DNA of 64,000 nucleotides from an uncultured Acetatifactor sp. (GCA_944384205.1 CALWSL010000005.1:72765-136764); one strand, 5' to 3'. Counted from the stretch's first letter, positions 1 to 10,351 are shown. The notes: generated from the letters alone by a model not told the origin. A program made the numbers and translations.

Positions 1-780
1 CGGATTCCCCATAATCAGATGAAACACGGGCGGAATCACCGCAAGCATCACTGCGCCAAGGCATACTGCCGGAGTGTAATATCTTGCAAATTTGGTGATA
101 AAATTCTCCGAGCGGGATTTTTTCATGCTGGAATTCTCTACCAGGTCCAGTATTCTGGAAACGGTAGATTCGCCGAATTCCTTTGTGGTGCGCACCTTCA
201 ACAGTCCCGAAAGGTTGACGCAGCCGCTGATGACGGCGTCCCCCACCTGCACTTCCCTCGGAATGCTTTCTCCGGTCAGCGCACTGGTATTTAAGGTAGA
301 GCTTCCCTCCTCTATCACACCGTCAATAGGCACCTTTTCTCCCGGACGGACTATAATGATGCTGCCGATTTCCACATCGTCAGGATCCACCTGCTCCAAT
401 TTTCCGTCCCCGTTCTCAATATTGGCATAATCGGGACGAATATCCATCAGGGCGCTGATGTTGCGGCGGCTTTTGCCCACTGCCACCGCCTGAAACAGCT
501 CGCCTATCTGATAAAAAAGCATTACTGCCACGCCCTCGGCATATTCCCCAAGGCAGATAGCGCCCACCGTTGCAACCGCCATCAGAAAGTTTTCATCGAA
601 TACACTTCCGTGAAAAATGCCAAGAACGGCTTTTCGCAGAATATCATAGCCGATAATCAGATAGGGAATCAGATACAAAATAAGCTTTAACATCCCCTGT
701 ACCGGAATAAAGTGAACCGCCGCCAGCAAAACAGCCGCTGCCACAATGCGGCACAGGACTCTTTTCTGTTTTTTCGTCAT
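1..780 (-). CDS. cadA: Heavy-metal-translocating P1B-type ATPase (Cd/Zn), 3' end runs off the window
   Basis: Manual translation from ATG at 780: MTKKQKRVLCRIVAAAVLL...FDENFLMAVATVGA...GEKVPIDG...SALTGES (actuator TGES motif); open to the window edge, so missed by the ORF track. Confidence 0.9.
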   Translation of the reverse strand, partial: MTKKQKRVLCRIVAAAVLLAAVHFIPVQGMLKLILYLIPYLIIGYDILRKAVLGIFHGSVFDENFLMAVATVGAICLGEYAEGVAVMLFYQIGELFQAVAVGKSRRNISALMDIRPDYANIENGDGKLEQVDPDDVEIGSIIIVRPGEKVPIDGVIEEGSSTLNTSALTGESIPREVQVGDAVISGCVNLSGLLKVRTTKEFGESTVSRILDLVENSSMKKSRSENFITKFARYYTPAVCLGAVMLAVIPPVFHLIMGNP

Positions 781-818
781 GGTAAGTAAACTCCTTAATT
801 ACATTTTGAATTCAGATC

Positions 819-1037
819 TTACAGATAGATTTCGCAGTCCGACTCCACTTTTTTACACGCCTTCACTACCTGTTCCATCACAGTTTTCTCATCGCTGCCC
901 TCTGCAAATTCCACCTTCATCTTCTGTGTCATAAAGCTTACGGCTGCATCCAGTATCCCTTCTACCTTCTTTGCTGCCTCCTCCATTTTTAAAGCACAGT
1001 TTGCACAATCCACTTCAATTTTGTAAGTTTTTTTCAT
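819..1037 (-). CDS. Small HMA-domain metal-binding protein (cation transporter accessory)
   Basis: MKKTYKIEVDCANCALKMEE with CxxC motif; GGAGG 8 nt before ATG 1037; directly upstream of the P-type ATPase. Confidence 0.88.
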   Translation of the reverse strand: MKKTYKIEVDCANCALKMEEAAKKVEGILDAAVSFMTQKMKVEFAEGSDEKTVMEQVVKACKKVESDCEIYL

Positions 1038-1111
1038 CTTCTTTTCCTCCATTTTCCTATAACTTTCTTTTCACAAATGCAAATCATTTGCATTTCATTT
1101 TTACTTTCATT

Positions 1112-1133
1112 CATATGAACTATTGTTCATATG
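1112..1133. promoter_or_regulatory. ArsR/SmtB (CadC/CzrA)-type operator
   Basis: Perfect inverted repeat CATATGAAC-TATT-GTTCATATG just downstream of the -10 box of the metal-efflux operon; resembles SmtB/CadC boxes. Confidence 0.7.
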
Positions 1134-1136
1134 TTT

Positions 1137-1164
1137 ATTTTACCATATTTATATGAATTGTCAA
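1137..1164 (-). promoter_or_regulatory. Sigma-A promoter of the HMA/cadA operon
   Basis: Minus strand TTGACA-16 nt-TAAAAT with extended TG (TGGTAAAAT). Confidence 0.6.
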
Positions 1165-1185
1165 TCCCTGTTTTTTCATTATTTG

Positions 1186-1220
1186 CAAAAAAAGCCGCCG
1201 GCTTTTTCACCGACGGCTTC
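1186..1220 (-). terminator. Intrinsic terminator after clpX
   Basis: Minus strand AAGCCGTCGG-TGAAAAAG-CCGGCGGCTT followed by a T run. Confidence 0.7.
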
Positions 1221-1228
1221 TGTGCGTT

Positions 1229-2740
1229 TTAACTATACTGCGGCAGCTCCTTCATCCGATTATTTCGGATATCAATCACAGGACCGCCGGTACCTTCAAT
1301 ATATTCTCTCGTAATCGTAACTCTGCCGATATTGTCGTCCTTTGGAATCTCATACATAATATCCAGCATAAATTCTTCGATGATGGAACGGAGCGCTCTT
1401 GCACCGGTGTCGCGTTCCATCGCTTTTTCTGCAATAGCTTCCAACGCTTCATCGGTAAAATCCAGCTTTACTTCGTCTAATTCCAGTAATTTCTGGTATT
1501 GCTTCAAAATTGCATTCTTTGGCTCCTTCAGTATCTTGACCATCATTTCCTTGGACAGTCCCTGCAACGTGAAAAGGATTGGCAGTCGTCCGATAAACTC
1601 GGGAATCATTCCGAATTTTCTGATATCCTCCACAGTCACCTTGGACAAAATATCCTTATCTTTGTCATATTTATCCTTTAACTCGGAATTAAATCCAATG
1701 GCCGCGCTCTTGGACAGACGCTCCTTGATAATCTCCTCCAAATCAGGGAACGCTCCTCCGCAGATAAACAGAATGTTTCTCGTGTTTACTGTCGCCAGCG
1801 GAACCATGGCATTTTTACTGTTGGCGCCTACCGGCACCTCTACCTCTGCGCCCTCCAGCAGCTTTAACATCCCTTGCTGCACACTTTCCCCACTGACGTC
1901 GCGGGAGTTGGTATTTTTTTTCTTGGCAATCTTGTCAATCTCATCAATAAAGATAATGCCTCTCTCCGCTTTTTCCACATCATTATCGGCGGCAGCCAGA
2001 AGCTTGGACACTACGCTCTCGATATCGTCGCCGATATATCCCGCCTCGGTCAGCGAGGTTGCATCGGCGATTGCCAGCGGCACATCCAGCAGTCTTGCCA
2101 GGGTTTTTACCAGGTAGGTTTTACCGCAGCCTGTCGGTCCAATCATCAGCATGTTGGACTTCTCGATTTCGATTTCATCCATGGTGTCTGTCGCCACACG
2201 TTTATAATGGTTGTAGACAGCCACTGAAATTACCTTCTTGGCATGCTCCTGACCAACCACATATTCATCAAGGCTCGCCTTGATTTTATGGGGCGCAGGA
2301 ATATTTTTGATATCCAATACCGGCTCCGTCTGTTCCTTCGTTTTTTTCTTCTTTAGCTTCTGCTTGTTGGGAATTCCGCCGTCTCCCTGCAAATCTGCAA
2401 GATTCACAATACTGATATTGGGAAATCCCCCCTGTCTGGTATACTGATCCAGCTCATTCTGCAAATTCGGATTGTTCAGCATTCCCTGATAGTCAAACTG
2501 ACTTACCGTCTCCATTGTTTTGTGCATACAGTCATTGCATACGCAAATATTGTTGGGAAGCTTGAACATTTTTCCCGTCTTGCTCTCAGGTCTGCGGCAG
2601 ATGAAGCAGACGTCCTCGTACTCGCTGTTGTCACTTTTACCCGCTTTTGCGGTAGTAGACGCATCTTTATGACCGGAAGTTAAATCCTCCGTATTTTTTT
2701 CTTCTTCTATATCGTTATTTTCATTATACAAATCTGACAT
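1229..2740 (-). CDS. clpX: ATP-dependent Clp protease ATP-binding subunit ClpX
   Basis: C4 zinc finger (CFIC...CNDC), Walker A GPTGCGKT, GYIG pore loop, FIDEIDKI, RDVSGESVQQ, IGF loop, GARALRSI. Confidence 0.93.
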   Translation of the reverse strand: MSDLYNENNDIEEEKNTEDLTSGHKDASTTAKAGKSDNSEYEDVCFICRRPESKTGKMFKLPNNICVCNDCMHKTMETVSQFDYQGMLNNPNLQNELDQYTRQGGFPNISIVNLADLQGDGGIPNKQKLKKKKTKEQTEPVLDIKNIPAPHKIKASLDEYVVGQEHAKKVISVAVYNHYKRVATDTMDEIEIEKSNMLMIGPTGCGKTYLVKTLARLLDVPLAIADATSLTEAGYIGDDIESVVSKLLAAADNDVEKAERGIIFIDEIDKIAKKKNTNSRDVSGESVQQGMLKLLEGAEVEVPVGANSKNAMVPLATVNTRNILFICGGAFPDLEEIIKERLSKSAAIGFNSELKDKYDKDKDILSKVTVEDIRKFGMIPEFIGRLPILFTLQGLSKEMMVKILKEPKNAILKQYQKLLELDEVKLDFTDEALEAIAEKAMERDTGARALRSIIEEFMLDIMYEIPKDDNIGRVTITREYIEGTGGPVIDIRNNRMKELPQYS

Positions 2741-2897
2741 ACGCTTCTCCTCATTTCCATCGTTTGTCCCTTCACGTACATTCTACAGAATAATTCATAA
2801 ATACACAAGTGAAGTTTTTATAAACCAGTAATCCCGGTGAGCAGTAACGCCCATCGGGATTCTTTCTCTTTTTGATATTCTTTTTATCGATTACCTA

Positions 2898-4265
2898 TTA
2901 CCGGGTTGTATCGGGTCTGCTGCCAAGCGTTATTTCCAGCTTGTATTCCACGTATTCGCCCTGTTCGGGACGCATAATCGTAATTGTCGCGGTATCTCCC
3001 GCTGCATAATACTGCAAGATGTCCTGCAAATCAGTGGACGAAGTAATCTTTTCACCGTCAAAGCGGGTAATAATATCGCCTGCCATAATACCTGCCTCCT
3101 GGGCAGCGGAGCCTTCTTCCACACTCAGTACATAAATGCCGGTAGGCATGTTGTACATCTGGGAAATCTGACTGGATACATTCTGCGGAACAATGCCCAT
3201 GTAGCCTGTCTCGCCCTCTTCTACCTTATCTCTCGTGGTACGCTCCATCAATTCTGCAATAATGGGGCTGGCAGAGGATATCGGAATGGCATAACCCATA
3301 CCCTCTATGGTATCGCCGCCTATTTTATTGGAGTTGATACCGATTACTTCACCTGCCATATTTAACAGTGCGCCGCCTGAGTTACCGGGATTGATTGCTG
3401 CATTGGTCTGTATAAAGGTATGTGTAGTACCGTCACTCAGGGTCATCTCACGATCCAGTGCGCTGATAATGCCATTGGTTACGGACTGTCCATAGCCCAA
3501 AGCGTTACCGATTGCAATCACGGGCTCGCCCAGCTTCAGGTTATCACTATCGCCTAATTTAGCAATGGATATCTCGTCTTTGGTCTCCTCGCTGACAGAT
3601 GCCAAATCAACCGCTACAACCGCCAAATCCATATCGGAATCCGTACCTTTCACCTTTGCCTCTGCGGTGTTGCCGTCAATAAACGTCACTTCCAGAGTAG
3701 TCGCATCTTCTATTACATGGTAATTCGTTACAATCAAAAGCTCCGTATCGGTTTCTCCAACTATAATGCCGGAACCGCTGGACGCTGCCTCCTGCGTATA
3801 GGTCTGTCCCCAGAAGTTACCTGTCTCCGTATAATTATTGACGATGGAAACCATTGCAGGCATTACTTCTTCTACCACAGCAGAAATGTCGGAATCCACA
3901 ACTGTAACCGTATTGGTATTGACCATTTTAATTCCGCTGTCGCTCTCCTGGGTTGACACAACCTGGTCAGTACCTGTCTCCACGTTTTCGCTGTCTGCCT
4001 GCTCAGCAATGCCAAGTCCCTGCTGTACCGCATAGAATCCGATACCTGCAAACATTCCAAAGAATAATCCAAGAGTGACGCTCAGCAGCGCCTTACGGAA
4101 AAATCCATTTTGTTTTTTCTGCTTTTTCTCTTTTCCATTTCCGGTATGGTCCGGCTCACTATTCTGCTGATAGGAACTGTAAAAAGTATTGTCATTTCCT
4201 GTCTGATAAGTTGAATAGCTATTCGTATTTGAACCGGAATAATTTTCGTTATCGTACATATACAT
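2898..4265 (-). CDS. htrA: HtrA/DegP-family membrane-anchored serine protease with PDZ domain
   Basis: One TM helix, SGSGII, TNYHV, DLAVV, TNAAINPGNSGGAL, C-terminal PDZ. Confidence 0.93.
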   Translation of the reverse strand: MYMYDNENYSGSNTNSYSTYQTGNDNTFYSSYQQNSEPDHTGNGKEKKQKKQNGFFRKALLSVTLGLFFGMFAGIGFYAVQQGLGIAEQADSENVETGTDQVVSTQESDSGIKMVNTNTVTVVDSDISAVVEEVMPAMVSIVNNYTETGNFWGQTYTQEAASSGSGIIVGETDTELLIVTNYHVIEDATTLEVTFIDGNTAEAKVKGTDSDMDLAVVAVDLASVSEETKDEISIAKLGDSDNLKLGEPVIAIGNALGYGQSVTNGIISALDREMTLSDGTTHTFIQTNAAINPGNSGGALLNMAGEVIGINSNKIGGDTIEGMGYAIPISSASPIIAELMERTTRDKVEEGETGYMGIVPQNVSSQISQMYNMPTGIYVLSVEEGSAAQEAGIMAGDIITRFDGEKITSSTDLQDILQYYAAGDTATITIMRPEQGEYVEYKLEITLGSRPDTTR

Positions 4266-4368
4266 TACCTCTTTTCCTTAATAGCAACTGTGTTTCCTTT
4301 ACCTTTACTGTTAGTTTATCCTTAATTTGTGTCCGAATTGTGATAAAACTATTAAACACTTGTGAAAC

Positions 4369-5289
4369 CTATTTCCAATAATCGCGATTGGACGTCAGGT
4401 AAAGAATCAGCGGATTTGGAAGCTTTTTATAGCTCTTTCCCAATCGATATCCGACATATTTAAAAGCGCATTGTATATAAAAATGAGGAAGCCTCCAAAT
4501 TTTATGTTTCTTTTTTAAATATTTTGTCGTCATTTTAACCAGCTTCATCCCCTCCGATTCGGACGGAACCTTCGCAAAAATCTCCGGATGCTCTGCCTGC
4601 GACACTCCCAGATCAAAATTGCGGCGAAGCTGCTGCATATTGGTATAATTGTGGGAATGGTACACTTCCGCCCCGGCTTCGTAAGCAATACCGTATCCGC
4701 TTTGCACAGCCTTTGCCGCGTAAATCATATCTTCATTAAAAATTGCTCTTTTTATAAATCCTCCCAATTCCTCATAGACGTCCCTTCTGTATGCGGCACA
4801 GACATTGGAGCAAAAGTAGGTTTTAATCCCAAGCTCTTTGATATCGGCTTCCGACTTGATGCGCGACTGTCCGGGATAGTTGAAGCTTCTGGAAAACCTC
4901 TCCTCAATACTGCAATCCGCTTTGGGAAGCTGTCTGGCATAGGCAGCCGCCACCCTGCCATTCAGATTTGACGTCAGTCTTTCCAACAATTCGTTATCTG
5001 CCGGAACCGCATCCTGGGTCATCATCACGAAGACATCCGCATCGGATTTGCTTACCCCTATACGGCGCGTCCCTCCATGGTCAAACTCTCTCTTGGATAG
5101 ATGAAATACCTTCACATTGCGGTACTTATCCGCAAAGCGCTTTCCATAGGTCAGTTGTTCAAAATATTTTTCTTCCGTATTCATTAAAATAACCTTCTGT
5201 ACGGGAATCGTCTGCTGACTAAGCTTGTCCAGCAATGTGAAAAGCTCTTTCCCCGGCTTATACAATGGAATTATTACATCTATTTTCAT
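4369..5289 (-). CDS. GT2 glycosyltransferase, rhamnosyltransferase-like
   Basis: VIIPLY, FDHGGTR, TQDA, FCSNVCAAY, NEDM, VYHSHNY motifs typical of GT2 rhamnosyltransferases. Confidence 0.82.
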   Translation of the reverse strand: MKIDVIIPLYKPGKELFTLLDKLSQQTIPVQKVILMNTEEKYFEQLTYGKRFADKYRNVKVFHLSKREFDHGGTRRIGVSKSDADVFVMMTQDAVPADNELLERLTSNLNGRVAAAYARQLPKADCSIEERFSRSFNYPGQSRIKSEADIKELGIKTYFCSNVCAAYRRDVYEELGGFIKRAIFNEDMIYAAKAVQSGYGIAYEAGAEVYHSHNYTNMQQLRRNFDLGVSQAEHPEIFAKVPSESEGMKLVKMTTKYLKKKHKIWRLPHFYIQCAFKYVGYRLGKSYKKLPNPLILYLTSNRDYWK

Positions 5290-5388
5290 TATTTATTCTC
5301 CCTGTTCCTTTCATGGAACCATTATACAAACGTGCGCCATCAGGCGCACGCTATAAAAGAAGGGGCTTTTCAAGCCCCTCCCCGACAA

Positions 5389-6486
5389 TTAATTCTTATT
5401 GATATAAGGCGTCGTATCCTCTTTAATTTTCTGTCCATACTCACGTACACTGTCTGTAACCTCATAATCCGTATCGTCAAACAAAAACTGGTGAAGCCAT
5501 ACGACATTTGCCTCCAGGTCCATGGGGATAACGCTGCTTCCCTTCGCACCGATATTGGCAGTCGTCCTCATACTCTCCTCCGGGAAACCTCCTTCATCCA
5601 CAATTCTGTAATTTGCAATATTTTTAATCAGTTCCATGATATCATCCTTGTCCAGACTGGTATAGATATCATCAATGGCACTGTTAAACACTTTTGTCAG
5701 GGTGGCAAGGTCTGCTTTCTTCGCCTGTTCTTCAATCGCCTTGATTACCTCTCTCTGACGTGTCGCACGCTTGAAATCGTCTCCCGCAGTATACCGGATA
5801 CGGCAGTAAGCGGACGCCTGAATACCGTCAAGAAGCTGATAACCCGGCTCTGTCACAGGCTCATAATCACAATTCAGCACTTCCGCAATGTCCATCTGAT
5901 AATTGTTGATATGCTGAAGCTCTACCTCATCTACCTCAATATAAATACCGCCAAGTCCGTCAATGACATCCCGCAGACCACTGTAGCTTACCGTTACAAA
6001 GTTTGTGATATCCATATCCAGATTCATGTTCAGCATCTTAACCGCCTGTTCTGCACCACCGTAAAAATAGGCATGATTACACTTAATATAACTATCCGTA
6101 CCGATATTCAGATAGGTGTCACGATATACGCTGACTAACTTAATGTCGCCCGTATCAAGATTAATACTGGCAATCATCATACTGTCGCTCCGGCTCCCTT
6201 TATAAATCTGATCGTCTGTTCTCGCATCCACACCAAACAGTGCGATATTCATATAGCCCTTCATCGTCTCATTTTCCACCACTGCATCGGGGATTTCCAA
6301 ATTTTCCGTCTCCAGAACCGTCACTTTGGGTCCTTCGTCATTTACCTGTGTCATAACGATATAAAGAATTGCCAGCATCACCAGAATAACAACTATTTCC
6401 ACTGCAAAAACAATAATTTTCCTTTTCTTTCTTGCCTCGCGCTCCTTCGCCGATACTTTCTTTTCATGAATCGTATTTTCTGTCAT
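5389..6486 (-). CDS. LCP (LytR-CpsA-Psr) family glycopolymer-peptidoglycan ligase
   Basis: N-terminal TM; NIALFGVD, RSDSMMI, SVYRDT, YCRIR, DFKRATRQR. Confidence 0.93.
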   Translation of the reverse strand: MTENTIHEKKVSAKEREARKKRKIIVFAVEIVVILVMLAILYIVMTQVNDEGPKVTVLETENLEIPDAVVENETMKGYMNIALFGVDARTDDQIYKGSRSDSMMIASINLDTGDIKLVSVYRDTYLNIGTDSYIKCNHAYFYGGAEQAVKMLNMNLDMDITNFVTVSYSGLRDVIDGLGGIYIEVDEVELQHINNYQMDIAEVLNCDYEPVTEPGYQLLDGIQASAYCRIRYTAGDDFKRATRQREVIKAIEEQAKKADLATLTKVFNSAIDDIYTSLDKDDIMELIKNIANYRIVDEGGFPEESMRTTANIGAKGSSVIPMDLEANVVWLHQFLFDDTDYEVTDSVREYGQKIKEDTTPYINKN

Positions 6487-6510
6487 TATACTTTCTCCTT
6501 ATTTGCATAT

Positions 6511-7917
6511 TTAATAGGCGTTTTTATTGATGAAACCTGTAAAAAACGTCATAAAAATTATCTTTATATCAAACCAAAGCGTCCAGTTCTCAATATAATA
6601 AATATCGTACTCGATACGCTTGCGTATGGATGTATCCCCGCGCAGTCCGTTTACCTGCGCCCATCCGGTAAGTCCCGGTCTGACCTGATGCTTTACCATA
6701 TAGCGGGGAATTTCTTCTTTAAATTTCTCAACAAAAAGGGGTCTCTCCGGTCTGGGACCCACAAGGCTCATATCTCCCTTCAGGATATTGAACAACTGTG
6801 GAAGCTCATCCAGACTGGTCTTTCTGAGAAGCTTACCGATTCCGGTAACTCTCGGGTCATTTTTTACCGTCCATGCCTTCTTTTCTTCTTTGGCGCTCTG
6901 CATCTCCATGCTTCGAAATTTATACATATAAAACGGCTTATTGTGTAATCCTACACGCTCCTGCTTGAAAATAATGGGACCCGGACTGCTAAACTTCACC
7001 AGAACAGCGGCCACAAGCATAATCGGGGAGGTCAGCAAAATACCAAATAATGCCCCCGCAATATCTACAATGCGCTTGATAAGCATATTGCCGGTATTTG
7101 TAAGCGGTACGTGCCTGATATTGATTACAGGCAATCCCATCAAATCCTCCGTATAGGGCTTTGTGGGAATCAGGCTGTTATAATCAGGAATGAACTTCGT
7201 GTGAACACCGGATTTTTCACAGATGTGCACGATGTCCTCCAAAAAGTCATAATCCTGCAGGGACAGGGTAATCGCTATCTCATCCAGTTTATTTTCGGGA
7301 AGAATAATCTCCAGATTGCCAATGGTACCAAGAACCTTTACTCCCTTATAAGTGGTTCCTGCCGGAATGTGGTCGTCCAGAATGCCGCACACCACATATC
7401 CCCATTGGGGATTATCTAAAATACGGCTTACATACTCCTCTGCTGCACGGGAATATCCCACCAGAAGAATATGCTTCAGATTATAGCCCTTGCTCCGCAT
7501 TGTCCGCAGCGCTTTTCTAAGTATAATTCTGAAACAGGATGATAAAAAGATATTCAATACATAAAAAATTGCCATTACGGAACGGGAGTAGTTAATCTCT
7601 TTGATTACCATATAAAGAATGATAATCAATGCGGCTATGCCTATCGTATTCGCCTGGACAAGTCCATATATCTCATACCGTTTCCGTACAGTACGCTTGG
7701 GAGCATACACACCGCACCGATAATACAAAAAGATATAACCGGGAACAATAAAAAACAGCAGATTAAAATACTCTGCCACAGGTAATACACCAATTCCCGG
7801 ACCGTTCTCAAACAGATAGAACTTGATGTAATAAGATGCGATAAACGCGATTCCCGTTATGATGGCGTCTATTACTACCAATAATCTGTTAAATACTTTC
7901 TGATTGTCTTTAATCAT
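6511..7917 (-). CDS. Undecaprenyl-phosphate glucose phosphotransferase (priming GT, WcaJ/CpsE family)
   Basis: N-terminal TMs plus KRIVDI...KFRSM...RKTSLDELPQLFN.LKGDMSLVGPRP...RPGLTGWAQV...DIYYIENW. Confidence 0.93.
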   Translation of the reverse strand: MIKDNQKVFNRLLVVIDAIITGIAFIASYYIKFYLFENGPGIGVLPVAEYFNLLFFIVPGYIFLYYRCGVYAPKRTVRKRYEIYGLVQANTIGIAALIIILYMVIKEINYSRSVMAIFYVLNIFLSSCFRIILRKALRTMRSKGYNLKHILLVGYSRAAEEYVSRILDNPQWGYVVCGILDDHIPAGTTYKGVKVLGTIGNLEIILPENKLDEIAITLSLQDYDFLEDIVHICEKSGVHTKFIPDYNSLIPTKPYTEDLMGLPVINIRHVPLTNTGNMLIKRIVDIAGALFGILLTSPIMLVAAVLVKFSSPGPIIFKQERVGLHNKPFYMYKFRSMEMQSAKEEKKAWTVKNDPRVTGIGKLLRKTSLDELPQLFNILKGDMSLVGPRPERPLFVEKFKEEIPRYMVKHQVRPGLTGWAQVNGLRGDTSIRKRIEYDIYYIENWTLWFDIKIIFMTFFTGFINKNAY

Positions 7918-7941
7918 AAGCACCACCCTGAAACTGTTCCT

Positions 7942-7970
7942 ATTTTACAATAATCCCTGCAAATGAGCAA
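7942..7970 (-). promoter_or_regulatory. Sigma-A promoter upstream of the priming GT
   Basis: Minus strand TTGCTC-17 nt-TAAAAT with TG extension. Confidence 0.5.
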
Positions 7971-7994
7971 CTTAAGAATTTATGAAGTTATTTC

Positions 7995-8972
7995 TTAAGT
8001 TTTCATAATAATTCGGAAACAATTCACATATAATTGCAGTTGTATGGAAAAATAATTTCCCAGATGCTTCCACCGGAAAGGAACCTTTGCCGACCTTCCT
8101 TCCTTGCTGAAGCTGCGTTTAAGCCCTGTCCATAACCCCTTTAAATAGATTTTTCCCATTTTTTTTCTGCAAAAAAATAAGAATTTAATAAAAAAGCCTG
8201 CCAGTAAAAAAGGAAAATTTAAAAAGCACTGCAAAAGGGGCATATTTTTTGCCACAACATAAATACTGTTGGCAGAAGCATGCTTTGTTTTCCACTCATT
8301 GTATCTGGAGCCTGTGGACGCGCTTCCATAATGAAGCACCTCTGCCCCGGGTTCATAATAGTTCCGGTAGCCGTAAATTTTTGCGCGGTAGCCAATGTCA
8401 ATATCTTCGAGATAGGCAAAATGCCTTTCGTCAAACAGACCGATTTCGTCAAATACACTGCGGCGGTAAATAGCAGCTCCCCCACATGCCGAAAATATCT
8501 CCTTCGCGCTATCATAATATCTGTTATTTTTCCCTTTTCCTCTGGAATACGCCCATCCCAGCGCACAATATCGGTCTCCTGCATCATCTATCAGCTCCGG
8601 TTTATCCCACATCAGCATCTTTGCACTGACGGAAAAGATTTTCTCATCCCGTATAATTGCCTGATAGAGAGATTTCACAAAGGCAGGCTTTACCTTTGTA
8701 TCATTGTTCAGGAGAATAACATAAGGTGATTCCGCCGCCTGAATTCCCAGATTCACCGCATGACAGAAGCCGGTGTTATCCTGCAAAAAGATACATTCCG
8801 TTTCAGGGAATTTCTCCTTGAGCAACGTCACGCTGCCATCCGCAGAGCCGTTATCTACTACAATTACCCGAAACTTGGGAGTATCATCTGCCTGCCCCTT
8901 CAATGCCGTCAGGCATTCCGGCAGATATTTTTCACCGTTATAATTTGGAATAACTACCGTTATCTCTTCCAT
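7995..8972 (-). CDS. GT2 glycosyltransferase
   Basis: VVIPNYNG, VVDNGSADGS, LLNND, FAYLEDIDIG. Confidence 0.9.
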   Translation of the reverse strand: MEEITVVIPNYNGEKYLPECLTALKGQADDTPKFRVIVVDNGSADGSVTLLKEKFPETECIFLQDNTGFCHAVNLGIQAAESPYVILLNNDTKVKPAFVKSLYQAIIRDEKIFSVSAKMLMWDKPELIDDAGDRYCALGWAYSRGKGKNNRYYDSAKEIFSACGGAAIYRRSVFDEIGLFDERHFAYLEDIDIGYRAKIYGYRNYYEPGAEVLHYGSASTGSRYNEWKTKHASANSIYVVAKNMPLLQCFLNFPFLLAGFFIKFLFFCRKKMGKIYLKGLWTGLKRSFSKEGRSAKVPFRWKHLGNYFSIQLQLYVNCFRIIMKT

Positions 8973-9001
8973 GCACTTTTTCCTCTCCTGACATTCATGC
9001 T

Positions 9002-10351
9002 TCACTGCCATTGCCTTTCAACGGAAGGGTCATATAAAATTCGGTAACCCGCTTTTTCCAGCGCCCTTCCAAAAGCAGCGCTCAGCTTGCGGTAATCCGT
9101 ATCTCTTGGCAGCACTGACGCATCAAAGAAATTTGTCCCCGGCACCCGCTGATAGGAAACACCCGTTATTTCTTCAAACATCGGAATACACTCCGCTCTG
9201 ATTTGAATACATCTGACGTCCACGGCATCGGCATCCTGAGATAGCACCGCCCTGTGCAGATAGCCGCTATATGCCTTTGGAAGTCCTTCATATAAAAAAG
9301 TACCGTCACCGGAAAGTCTTCCTCCGATAACGTTTCCCTTCGACAATACTCTGCCGCCGACTGCTCCGACATCTCTCCTATTATCAAAAACATGTGTTAT
9401 ATATGCTAATTTATAAAAGCCGAGGTGTTTTAGATGCTCCGCTCTTGCATTCCACCCCTGCCTGTCCGCAAAGCTTTGAAGGGCGCGTCTCCCTGCCTCG
9501 TAGGCATACTGTTTGCTCTGAGGGTTCTCCGCCGTAGAGGCACTGTGGCATCTCCAGTGGTAGAGCACCTTCGGGATATGGACAATCTGCTCCGTTTTAT
9601 CCATCAGCCGCTCTGCAGCCCGAAGCACCAAATCATAATCCTGCGCACCGTCATATTGCGGTCTGAAGCCCAGTTCCTTCATCAGTCTGCTCTCCATCAC
9701 CAAAAAATGACAGATGTAATTATTACTTAAAAGCAAATCCAGATTAAATTTCTCTTTCCGGTTCGGTTCATAGTATGTTGTTCTGCCGCTGTCACATTTA
9801 TCTTCATCGGAATAGAGCATTTTTACCTCTATTCCCGCCAGTTTTTTTCTTTCAATAGCACTCGCTATTTTATATAAAGCATCCTCTGTCAGCACATCGT
9901 CATGATCCAAAAGCCCAATGTACTCCCCGGATGTATAATCCAAGGCACAGTTTGTATTTTGGGAAATGCCGGCATTTTCTTTCAGCCGGACATAGCGGAT
10001 GCGCTTATCCTGATATGTCTTTATTACATTCTCAACGCTCTCGTCCCCGGAAGCGTCTGCCAGAATCAGTTCCCATTTAGAATAGGTCTGCTGCAGCAGG
10101 GAGTCTATCAGTTCACGCAGATACCGGGGCACTGTCCGGTAGGCCGGCACCACAACACTGATAAGACCATGATACCCCGGAGGGTTTATCCGCTGTCTTG
10201 TCAGCTCCTGCTCCGTTGGAGGTATATAGTCATACGGCTCTCTTTTTGCCTCCTCCATGCGCTCCTTCGCGGCATACCATGTGTTTCGTAATCCATTCCG
10301 TTTCAGGTAATATATTGTTTTTTTGATATTTGCCTTGTTGATTCCGCCCAT
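9002..10351 (-). CDS. GT2 glycosyltransferase with degenerate second domain
   Basis: ISVVVPAY, WELILAD, GISQNTN, LLDHDD, GAQDYDL, VLYHWR; start uncertain. Confidence 0.88.
   Translation of the reverse strand: MGGINKANIKKTIYYLKRNGLRNTWYAAKERMEEAKREPYDYIPPTEQELTRQRINPPGYHGLISVVVPAYRTVPRYLRELIDSLLQQTYSKWELILADASGDESVENVIKTYQDKRIRYVRLKENAGISQNTNCALDYTSGEYIGLLDHDDVLTEDALYKIASAIERKKLAGIEVKMLYSDEDKCDSGRTTYYEPNRKEKFNLDLLLSNNYICHFLVMESRLMKELGFRPQYDGAQDYDLVLRAAERLMDKTEQIVHIPKVLYHWRCHSASTAENPQSKQYAYEAGRRALQSFADRQGWNARAEHLKHLGFYKLAYITHVFDNRRDVGAVGGRVLSKGNVIGGRLSGDGTFLYEGLPKAYSGYLHRAVLSQDADAVDVRCIQIRAECIPMFEEITGVSYQRVPGTNFFDASVLPRDTDYRKLSAAFGRALEKAGYRILYDPSVERQWQ

Noticed and set aside
1332-2117. 261-aa Ser-rich plus-strand ORF
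   Set aside because: Typical reverse-frame artefact of clpX
4325-4368. TGTG/TCACAA direct repeats upstream of htrA as an OmpR-family (CssR-like) site
   Set aside because: Short and degenerate; could arise by chance
5332-6138. 268-aa plus-strand ORF
   Set aside because: Antisense shadow of the LCP gene
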